Positions 18,254 through 25,785 of a stretch of 37,517 nucleotides of DNA are shown one piece after another. The position numbers and the translations under genes were made by a program. The DNA lies in assembly GCA_043779265.1 (NCBI GenBank), contig JAYWEM010000118.1:1-37517 (forward strand). Reading direction: 5' to 3'. The stretch comes from a bacterium. Lineage in GTDB: Bacteria > Eisenbacteria > RBG-16-71-46. The notes below the pieces were generated by a model that ran no database searches, was not told where the DNA came from, and saw nothing but the letters and a program-made list of their open reading frames with translations. Position 1 is the stretch's first letter. Every line of letters starts with the position of its first letter.

Positions 18254-18459
18254 GTCCGCGACTCCCCTTTGTGAGTGCACGGGACCTTCGGGAGCAGCCG
18301 GCCCGGGAACGGCGGCAGGTCCATGCACAGAACACGAAACCCCATGGCGGCAGGCGGCCGTCATGGAGCGGAGTTCGGGATCTTCGGGCCGGATCGAGAG
18401 GGGGATCACGGGGAATGGTCTCCAACGCCGAGAGATCGCTGCACCGGGCAACTTCGCTC

Positions 18460-18489
18460 AAGCTATCGAAGTCGTCCTGACAGGGTCAA
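18460..18489 (-). promoter_or_regulatory. Putative sigma70 promoter of the peptide-bEBP operon (TTGACC-N18-TAGCTT)
   Basis: The -35 is at 18484-18489 and the -10 at 18460-18465. Confidence 0.55.
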
Positions 18490-18542
18490 CGAATTTGTGA
18501 CCGGTCTAAAGCGCATTGATAGCGGTCGCGCGTGCGTTGGCG
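18464..18542. promoter_or_regulatory. Array of four tandem ~19-bp degenerate palindromes (about GGTCR-N9-TGAYN); candidate bEBP binding sites
   Basis: TATCGAAGTCGTCCTGACA (18464), GGTCAACGAATTTGTGACC (18484), GGTCTAAAGCGCATTGATA (18503) and GGTCGCGCGTGCGTTGGCG (18524). Start-to-start spacing 20/19/21 bp. Confidence 0.5.
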
Positions 18543-18571
18543 ACGCTCGTTCAGGCTCATGTGCGACCGAT

Positions 18572-18596
18572 TAACGCATTGTCATGCAACAACATG
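18572..18596. promoter_or_regulatory. IHF-like AT-rich site TAA-N4-TTG-N5-CAA-N4-ATG
   Basis: TAACGCATTGTCATGCAACAACATG resembles back-to-back CAA-N4-TTR IHF half-sites. Confidence 0.4.
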
Positions 18597-18774
18597 GGGC
18601 AGCGGCTCATCTCTCCACCGATGACCCATCCGACATTCCCCTTCCAATTCCATCCACCCGTTCGCTAGGGTTTCCACGATGGGGGACACGGGCACCCATC
18701 TCGGACCACACGGTCCGCGCTCCGCTCCCCAGGCCGGGGACGGGCACCCGAAGGTGCCTCGGAGGCCGTCGCCC

Positions 18775-21174
18775 ATGATCAGTCGGCGCTTCAACCGCAG
18801 TGCAAGGGGTCTTCTCCTCGCCCTGCTGGCCGCGCTCTCGTCTGGCTGCTCGCGCCCGATGTCGGCGCTCACGCCGGACCAGTGCCCCTCGATCCAACTC
18901 GCCGGCGTTCCCGAGCGAGGCGAAGGCTCGCAGTCGGTCACCTATCGGATCCGGTGGCAGGGCGCCGATCTCGACGGCAGCGTGAGCCACTTCGAGTACG
19001 CGCTCGACCCGCCTTCGCAGGCGCAGGCCGCAGCGGGCCGCGAGACGACTTGGGTTCGCACGGACTCCCGTGAGTACACGCTCGAGATCCGCGGCACGAG
19101 CGCGCCGCTCGACAAGAAGGCGGTGCGCGAGTTCCACACGTTCGTCGTGCGCGCCGTCAACGTGCGCGCGGAGCCGGCGTCGCGCTACTCGGAGCCGCTC
19201 ACGATCTCGTTCGACCGCTTCACGGTCGCGCCCGTCGTGCAGATCCTCACGCCTCGGCCGAACGCGCTGCTGGAGCCGGTGCTCAACCAACCCGTCGATG
19301 TGCGCTGGCAGGGACAGGACCTCGATGGCAGCCCGTCCACGATGCCCGCCTACTACAAGTTCAAGCTGTTCCGTCCGGGCGATTCGCCGAGCATCGCCAC
19401 GTGGCTCGCCAACCCCGACTCGCTGGGCCGCCACTATGGCCCGTCGGGTTTCGCGGGCTGGGACTCAGTCGGCGGTGGGGTCGAGTACCTGGGGATCGAT
19501 GCCGAGCTCCCTGACGCGCTTCATCTGTTCGTGGTCGTGGCGTTCGATGTGACGGGCGCCTACTCGCCGGTCTTCAGCCTCAACACGAACATGCTGAGGT
19601 TCCGTACCGCGCCTGCGGGCGGGATCCCGCCCACCTTGTTCGTCGGGTGGAGCGTCGGCTCCGGAGGCGCACCACCCGCACCAGTCCTCGCTCCGAGTCC
19701 GCTTCGGCTCGACGTCCCGGCCGGTCGGGTGATCGACTTCCTCTGGTACGCCGTGCCGCCGCAGGGGGCGTCGATCAAGGGCTACCGGTGGACCATCGAG
19801 TCGGTCGACCTCGGCGATGACACGCGGCGCGACAACGAGGAGACCGACTGGTTCCGCTGGAGCATGGCGGGACTCCACGCCACCACCGCGCGCGTCGGCC
19901 CCTTCGCAGCCGATGAGACGCACACGCTCTGTGTCGAGGTGACCGACAACTCAGGACATCGCGCGCTGACCATCACGCGATTCCACACGTTCGGCGCACA
20001 GCTTGACCAGGACCTCCTCATTGTCGACGACACGCGACTCCTGCCGGACCAGATAGCGGCCACTTCCGACCCGAGCGGTCAGCGCTGCCTGCGGCCCTAT
20101 GCCTCGAGTTCGCCATGGCCGGCCGCCGCCGAACTCGACACGTTCCTCTACGCCGTCGGCGGCAAGCCGTGGCGCGGCATCGCTGCCAATTGTCCGACAC
20201 CTTCGAACCCACCGGTGCTCAGCACGCCAGGACTGTTCGCCGGCTACCGATTCGACACACTCGGAACACGGCTGAGATTCGAGGACGCCGTCACGGCCAC
20301 TCCGATCTCCACGCTGGCGCGATACCGGAACATCGTCTGGCTGGTCGACTCGCCGTCAGCTCAACTGACGAGCATCCTCGACCCGATCCGTCCGATGACC
20401 GCGCTGCGGTCGATGCATCGCGCTGGCTCGACCAACGTGCTCCAGAACTACATCGCGGTGGGTGGCCGTGTGTGGCTCGTGGGCTCGGGTGGCGCGCTCG
20501 CGAGCCTCATCGACGAGGACCGTCCGGGGAACAATCTCCCGCTCGGCGTGGTGTTCGGCTCGGCCTACGGCGACCTGCCGTCATCGAACTCCATCGCCTC
20601 GCAGTTCCACTGGAAGTCGGAGCTCATCGTCTCGCGGACGACGGCGAGCATCGACCGCGCTCCTGGCGTGCCACACGCAGCGCTGCCCGCCGAGCTGCGA
20701 CGCCGCACTCCGGCCACGGACGCGATACCCGCCTCTCGTTCGGCGAGCGCGACCGCGGCGTTCTACTTCACGAACCTGGATGTGTCCTACCTGAGCCAGC
20801 CCAACTCGATCATCGAGGACGTCGACTTGTCTCCTGGAGTCGTCCACGAACAGGGCACGCTCGACACGCTCTACTCACTCGATGGCAGCGGCGGCGGCCT
20901 GCATCCGGCGGGGAACACGTCGCCGCGCCCGATCATGACGCACTACCACGGGCCATCGAACGCTCCCACCGTGCTGAGTGGATTCAACTTGTGGGACCTC
21001 GCACGCCCCGACGCCACGGCGCTCGTGGACTACGTGCTCGGCGATCTCTGGGGGCTCACGCGGCAGGGCGGCGCGGGACTCGCATCGCTTCGTGCTCCCG
21101 GCCGCCTGCCGGGCGTCACACCCGCGCAGGCGGCGGCTCGCTCACGATTGCCGGGAGCACTCGGCCGGAGATAG
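18775..21174 (+). CDS. Large lipoprotein (799 aa) with about three Fn3/Ig-like modules and a C-terminal alpha/beta domain; function unknown
   Basis: SD GGAGG at 18761. Lipobox LSSGC. Repeated W-x-G-x-D-x-DG beta modules (IRWQGADLDG, VRWQGQDLDG). C-terminal LLIVDD...YRNIVW...GGRVWLVG. Confidence 0.8.
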   Translation: MISRRFNRSARGLLLALLAALSSGCSRPMSALTPDQCPSIQLAGVPERGEGSQSVTYRIRWQGADLDGSVSHFEYALDPPSQAQAAAGRETTWVRTDSREYTLEIRGTSAPLDKKAVREFHTFVVRAVNVRAEPASRYSEPLTISFDRFTVAPVVQILTPRPNALLEPVLNQPVDVRWQGQDLDGSPSTMPAYYKFKLFRPGDSPSIATWLANPDSLGRHYGPSGFAGWDSVGGGVEYLGIDAELPDALHLFVVVAFDVTGAYSPVFSLNTNMLRFRTAPAGGIPPTLFVGWSVGSGGAPPAPVLAPSPLRLDVPAGRVIDFLWYAVPPQGASIKGYRWTIESVDLGDDTRRDNEETDWFRWSMAGLHATTARVGPFAADETHTLCVEVTDNSGHRALTITRFHTFGAQLDQDLLIVDDTRLLPDQIAATSDPSGQRCLRPYASSSPWPAAAELDTFLYAVGGKPWRGIAANCPTPSNPPVLSTPGLFAGYRFDTLGTRLRFEDAVTATPISTLARYRNIVWLVDSPSAQLTSILDPIRPMTALRSMHRAGSTNVLQNYIAVGGRVWLVGSGGALASLIDEDRPGNNLPLGVVFGSAYGDLPSSNSIASQFHWKSELIVSRTTASIDRAPGVPHAALPAELRRRTPATDAIPASRSASATAAFYFTNLDVSYLSQPNSIIEDVDLSPGVVHEQGTLDTLYSLDGSGGGLHPAGNTSPRPIMTHYHGPSNAPTVLSGFNLWDLARPDATALVDYVLGDLWGLTRQGGAGLASLRAPGRLPGVTPAQAAARSRLPGALGRR

Positions 21175-21208
21175 CCGGATCGCGACGAACGACTGCGGCC
21201 GCGCGCGT

Positions 21209-21237
21209 TTGCGGCCATCCTGCGCGCCCCCTAACGT
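21209..21237 (+). promoter_or_regulatory. Putative promoter TTGCGG-N17-TAACGT for a (near-)leaderless transcript
   Basis: The -10 ends 8 nt before ATG 21246 and no SD is visible. Confidence 0.5.
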
Positions 21238-21245
21238 CGCGCCCC

Positions 21246-22253
21246 ATGTCCGAACCCATCCTGCCCGATGCTCCCGATCCCGCCGAGACGCGCGCGCTCG
21301 AAGTGCGTCGTGCGCTCAAGCGGCTGCTCGACAAGCACAAGCGGCGGCTCGAAGCGCTGAAGGGCGACCTCGAGGAGTCCTCGAAGGGCCCCGAGTACCG
21401 CCGCGCCGGTGAGGCGCTGCTGGCGTTCGCGCACCTGGTTCCGCCTCGCGTCGAGCGTGTGTCATTGCCCGATCCCGCCGACGAATCGCGCACCATCGAG
21501 ATCGACCTGGCACCCGGGATCGCCGCCCCGACCAATGCCGCGCGCTACTTCAAACGCGCCGCCAAGGCCGAGCGCGGTCAGCGCGAGGTGCCGCCTCGGA
21601 TCGAGGCGTTGACGGCCGAGATCACCCAACTCCGCTCGCAGCTCGACGACTATGCCAACGCACCCGACGACGACGTGCGTGCCGGCGCGCAGCTCGTGCT
21701 CGAGCGCGTGCTCTCGCTGCTCTCGTCCGGGGCGCGCACGCAGATCCGCGCACCCGAGGTGCTGCCTCGTCGCAAGCTCGGCTTCGGCGAGTCGGTGACG
21801 CTGCCCTCGGGGCCCACCACGGCCGCGCCTCGCAAGCCCAAGCCGGAAGTGCTCGGCAAGTTGAACCCCTGGCGCTACAAGACGCTCGAGGGGTGGGACG
21901 TGCTGATCGGCCGAAGCAGCGAGGGCAACGACCACCTCACCCTGCACCTGGCGCGGCCCGAGGACTATTGGTTCCACGCGCACGGCTGCCCCGGCTCGCA
22001 CCTGGTGCTGCGTCGCGGCAAGGGTCCCAACGAGCCCAGCAAGGCGACGCTGCTCGAAGTCGCGAGCTGGGCGGCGTTCCACAGCAAGGCGCGCACTGCC
22101 GGAAGAGTCCCGGTGCACTACACGCTCAAGAAGTACGTGCGCAAACCCCGCGGCGCCAAGGCGGGGCTCGTGTACATCGAACGCGAGCAGGCGCTCATGG
22201 TGCGCCCGGTGGAGCCGCCGCACGAACAGATGGCGGAGTCGCGCGAGCCGTAG
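21246..22253 (+). CDS. Short NFACT/FbpA/RqcH-family protein (coiled coil, M domain, NFACT-R/DUF814)
   Basis: Motifs NAARYFKRAAK, VLIGRSSEGNDHLT, DYWFHAHGCPGSHLVL and YTLKKYVRKPRGAKAGLV. Only 335 aa. Confidence 0.88.
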   Translation: MSEPILPDAPDPAETRALEVRRALKRLLDKHKRRLEALKGDLEESSKGPEYRRAGEALLAFAHLVPPRVERVSLPDPADESRTIEIDLAPGIAAPTNAARYFKRAAKAERGQREVPPRIEALTAEITQLRSQLDDYANAPDDDVRAGAQLVLERVLSLLSSGARTQIRAPEVLPRRKLGFGESVTLPSGPTTAAPRKPKPEVLGKLNPWRYKTLEGWDVLIGRSSEGNDHLTLHLARPEDYWFHAHGCPGSHLVLRRGKGPNEPSKATLLEVASWAAFHSKARTAGRVPVHYTLKKYVRKPRGAKAGLVYIEREQALMVRPVEPPHEQMAESREP

Positions 22254-22319
22254 TCCGGGCGTGACGGCGGCGCTTCGATACGCCACCATGGACGAGTCCC
22301 CGCCACAGGAGAACCCGCC

Positions 22320-22922
22320 ATGCGCACGCTCACCTTCCTTGCACTCGTCGTCGTCGCCGCCGCGCTCACGTCACCGGCCAACGCCGACTACGGCAAGCCG
22401 CCGCCGGCGCCGAGCACACCGCAAGGCGGGTCCGGCGAGCCGCAGGCGCAGGGCGCCCAGATGACGCCCCGGCAAATGGCCGAGAGCTCTTACCGCGACG
22501 CCTACGACGACGTGGCGAAGGCCACCGCCGAAGCCGCCGCCGGCAAGACCGAGAGTGCGCGCAAGAAGTTCAAGCGGGCGTTCGATCGCAGTACACGCGC
22601 GGTCGAGTACGACTCGACCCACACCGAGGCGTGGAACCTCGTGGGATTCAGCTCGCGCAAGTTGGGTGACTACAAGGCCGCGTTCGCGGCGTATCGCACC
22701 GCTATCCGGCAGAACCCGCGCTTCGCCCTGGCGCGCGAGTACTACGGCCAGGGACTGCTCGAGCAGAACGACCTGGCGGGCGCCAAGTCGCAGCTCTCAT
22801 GGTTGCGCCGCATCGGCGATGAGGCGCTGACCGCGCAGCTCGCCGCGGCGATCGAGAAGTACGAGGCGGCGCACACAGCACCGGCCACGATGAAGCCCGA
22901 CAGCGCCGCCGCGGACCACTAG
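22320..22922 (+). CDS. Exported tetratricopeptide-repeat protein
   Basis: Signal peptide ending ANA. TPRs EAWNLVGFSSRKLGDYKAA and LAREYYGQGLL. SD AGGAG. Confidence 0.85.
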   Translation: MRTLTFLALVVVAAALTSPANADYGKPPPAPSTPQGGSGEPQAQGAQMTPRQMAESSYRDAYDDVAKATAEAAAGKTESARKKFKRAFDRSTRAVEYDSTHTEAWNLVGFSSRKLGDYKAAFAAYRTAIRQNPRFALAREYYGQGLLEQNDLAGAKSQLSWLRRIGDEALTAQLAAAIEKYEAAHTAPATMKPDSAAADH

Positions 22923-24007
22923 CGAGCGGTCGGCTCCGGCTTCGCCCGCACCCGGAGCCGCACCGGATGGTGGTCGCTGTGCTCGAAGCCCAGGTCACTC
23001 GTCTCGACGCTCAGCACGTCGATCCCGGGTGACACCAGGAATCCGTCGATGATGCTGGTGTAGTTGACGCCTGGCACATAGGGCGCCTCGAGCGTGCGGT
23101 TGGTGGGCGTGCGCGGGTCCACCGCCCACTGCCAGCCGGCGGGTGTGGCGCGATCGGGCAGGTCGCGCAGCCAGAAGCGATGCTCGGGAGCGGCGCTCGA
23201 AGCGAACCCGGTGGGCGCCAGTCGCAGGTTCCAGTCGCCGCCCACGATCACGAGGTGGCCCTCGGCGTGCGCCGCCAGCGCCAGGCGCAGCACTTGGGCG
23301 AGTTGCGCCCGGCGAAGCTCGCCATCGTCGAACGCCGCCAGATGGACGTTGAACAGCACCCAGGCAGGCGCTCCGGCGCGTGCAGGCAGGCGCGTCTCGA
23401 GCACGTGGTAGTGCTGCAGTGTCAGCCCGGCGAACGCGGACTCGGACGGCAGCGCGTGCCGCACGGCGCTGGCGATGCCGTTGCGCGACGAGGTCGCCTG
23501 GCCCACCACCATGCGGCCGAACACCGGGATCCCCGTCACGCGCACCATGGGAGCGAAGGCGAACGCGGACGAGTCCGCTTCAGCCCGCAAGCGCGACTTC
23601 AGATCCACGCCGTGGGTGGCCCATCCCGGCTCGGCCACTTCCTGGAAGAGCTGCACATCGGCGTGTTCCGCTTGAAGCTGCTTCACGATCGCGTCGAGAT
23701 TGGTCTGCACGCGCGCGACACTCGCGGCACGACGATGCCTGCCGCCATCGGCCACGAAGTCCATCTCGCGACCGAGGCTCGCGAACCCCAGGTTCCACGT
23801 GACGAGGTCGAGCGTGTCGGCAGCAGGCGGCGCTCCCTCAGCGGCCATACTCATGTGCGCCGGCTCAGAGGCGGCCGGCGCATAGGCCCCGAGCGCGCGC
23901 CACAGCCATGCCAGCAGCGCGAGCACTCCCAGCAGCACCACCATCGCGATGTTCAAGCCCGCACCTCTCGCTCGGCCCGCACGCTGCTCCGGGCGCGTGC
24001 CGTTCAC
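22919..24007 (-). CDS. Endonuclease/exonuclease/phosphatase (EEP) family protein with N-terminal membrane anchor
   Basis: Motifs VTWNLGF, LFQEV, NVHLAAF, VGGDWN, IIDGFLVS and SDHHPV. GTG start with SD GAGGAG overlapping the upstream stop. Confidence 0.9.
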   Translation of the reverse strand: MNGTRPEQRAGRARGAGLNIAMVVLLGVLALLAWLWRALGAYAPAASEPAHMSMAAEGAPPAADTLDLVTWNLGFASLGREMDFVADGGRHRRAASVARVQTNLDAIVKQLQAEHADVQLFQEVAEPGWATHGVDLKSRLRAEADSSAFAFAPMVRVTGIPVFGRMVVGQATSSRNGIASAVRHALPSESAFAGLTLQHYHVLETRLPARAGAPAWVLFNVHLAAFDDGELRRAQLAQVLRLALAAHAEGHLVIVGGDWNLRLAPTGFASSAAPEHRFWLRDLPDRATPAGWQWAVDPRTPTNRTLEAPYVPGVNYTSIIDGFLVSPGIDVLSVETSDLGFEHSDHHPVRLRVRAKPEPTAR

Positions 24008-25083
24008 GTCCGTTGCTCCTCGCCCGCCAGCATGAACGCATCGAGGAATCTTGCCACCGGGCTCGGGAAGATCACCCGGACCACCGAACGATGCGTCACC
24101 TTGGCCATGATGATCTGCAGCGCGTAACTGAAGAAGAGCAGCCACAGGCTGCCGCCCTCGAACGTGCGCCGCAGGAAGTGCACGGGTCCCTCATCGAGCA
24201 GCGTGACGAGTGCACCCTTGGAAGCGGCCAGCAGTCCCAGGTGCATGTCGCGCTCGGCGACGGCGAGCAGTCGCTCGTGTGTGCCGATGGCCATCGCACG
24301 AAGTTCCTCGTACTGGGCCAGGCCGTAGCCGGCGATCGCGATCGCCACCGCGAGCAGCGCCCACATGAGCCACTTGAAGGCATCCTGCGACTCCTCGGTG
24401 AACACCGACGTGATGCGCGTGTTGAGGAGCACGATCACGAATACCATGAACACACCGACGACCCACAGATAGCGACTCACCATGCGGGTCACGGTGTCGG
24501 TGGCGGCGCGGTGGTCGAGGCTGAACAGCTCGCTCTGCGTCTCGGGGGCCTCGCTTGTGACCTGCGCCGATGCGACCACCGCGTCGCCTCGTGAGGCCAG
24601 TTCCGCACGGGTGCGCTGCATGAGGCCAAGGTCCCCGTGGATCGACACGGTCACGAGCGCCAGCACGGGCAGCACGAGGCCGGCCCACGTGATGATCGCG
24701 AACGGCGCGTAGAGCGCGTACGGGCGCACGCACTCGCGCCCGAACTGCTCCGCTGCCACGTTCTGACTGCGGCGCAGGATCGAGGGCGCCACGGCCAGCA
24801 GGTAGATCGACGCACCCGCCACGATCACGACCCCGGCCCCGAGGAACAGCGGCTGCCGCCAGCCGCCCTCCAGGAACAGCAGGCGGAACGAGTCGTTCAT
24901 GATCACCGAGATCGCGAGCGCCGCGAGCACGGTGACCACGAGATAGCTCATCTCCACCGTCAGCCCGAATCCGTCGAGCCCGTACTCGCGGGTCCACGCC
25001 GAAGAACCCGAACGATACGCGGCCATGACCGAACCCACGGCCACGGCGAGCAGCAGCAGGGCGACCAATAGAAGCCAGAGCAT
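24004..25083 (-). CDS. Multi-pass membrane protein of unknown function
   Basis: About seven hydrophobic segments. TG-n-TACCGT lies 6 nt before the ATG. Coupled to the EEP gene. Confidence 0.75.
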   Translation of the reverse strand: MLWLLLVALLLLAVAVGSVMAAYRSGSSAWTREYGLDGFGLTVEMSYLVVTVLAALAISVIMNDSFRLLFLEGGWRQPLFLGAGVVIVAGASIYLLAVAPSILRRSQNVAAEQFGRECVRPYALYAPFAIITWAGLVLPVLALVTVSIHGDLGLMQRTRAELASRGDAVVASAQVTSEAPETQSELFSLDHRAATDTVTRMVSRYLWVVGVFMVFVIVLLNTRITSVFTEESQDAFKWLMWALLAVAIAIAGYGLAQYEELRAMAIGTHERLLAVAERDMHLGLLAASKGALVTLLDEGPVHFLRRTFEGGSLWLLFFSYALQIIMAKVTHRSVVRVIFPSPVARFLDAFMLAGEEQRT

Positions 25084-25185
25084 GCGCCGACGGTAGCACT
25101 CGGCACTCCGCGCGTGCACGCCCCCCCGTCTCCCGCCTAGAATCATGCGCCTGCAATCGCGCCCACCCGGAGCCTTGGAGTCGTC

Positions 25186-25785
25186 ATGACGGGCAATCCC
25201 CCGCTCCCGCCGCCCGAGGATTCGATCGACCTGGTCCAGCGGATCCAGGCAGGCGACGACGCGGCCTGGGAGCGGCTCTACCTGAGGTTCCGCGACCGAC
25301 TGCTGCTCTCGATCCGCTGCCGGCTCGGCGCCTCCCTGCGCGCGAAGCTGGAGTCCGAGGACATCCTGCACAGCATGTTCCGCGACGCGTTGTCCGACCT
25401 GCAGCGCTTCGTGCCGCAGGGCCCCTCATCGGTCAACCACTACCTGCACACCTGCGTGCTCAACAAGATCCGCTCCAAGGCCGAGCACTTCGGCGCGCTC
25501 AAGCGCCGCGGCGAGGTGGCGCTCACCGACTCCATGCTGGCCGCGCTGCCGAATGCCGCGGACTCCGAACCGCGCTACAGCGACTTCGACACGTTCGACC
25601 GGCTCGAGCGGGCGCTCGCGCGCCTGCCCGATGAGACACGCGAGGTCATTCTGTTGCGACTGGTCGAGGACGTGCCCAATCAGGACGTCGCCGTCTCGCT
25701 CGGCAAGTCCCCCGAGGCCGCCTCCAAGCTCTATCAGCGCGGGCTCGCACGCCTCGCCGTCCTGATGACCGGCACACCGGCATGA
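25186..25785 (+). CDS. ECF sigma factor (kinase-associated, Planctomycete-like type)
   Basis: Sigma2 GDDAAWERLY...RLGASLRAKLESEDIL. Sigma4 LARLPDETREVILLR...VAVSLGKSPEAASKLYQRGLARL. ATGA overlap with the kinase. Confidence 0.9.
   Translation: MTGNPPLPPPEDSIDLVQRIQAGDDAAWERLYLRFRDRLLLSIRCRLGASLRAKLESEDILHSMFRDALSDLQRFVPQGPSSVNHYLHTCVLNKIRSKAEHFGALKRRGEVALTDSMLAALPNAADSEPRYSDFDTFDRLERALARLPDETREVILLRLVEDVPNQDVAVSLGKSPEAASKLYQRGLARLAVLMTGTPA

Noticed and set aside
18254..18451. Extended N-terminus of the 179-aa ORF in the track
   Set aside because: The SD and signal peptide point to ATG 18253. The upstream part is probably 5' UTR.
18742..18758. GGGCACCCGAAGGTGCC as a sigma54 promoter for the lipoprotein
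   Set aside because: Spacing is GG-N11-GC rather than N10. It is better read as a small hairpin next to the SD.
20115..21245. N-terminal extension that would make the NFACT protein 712 aa
   Set aside because: It overlaps the lipoprotein gene in another frame, is low complexity and shows no NFACT-N motifs.
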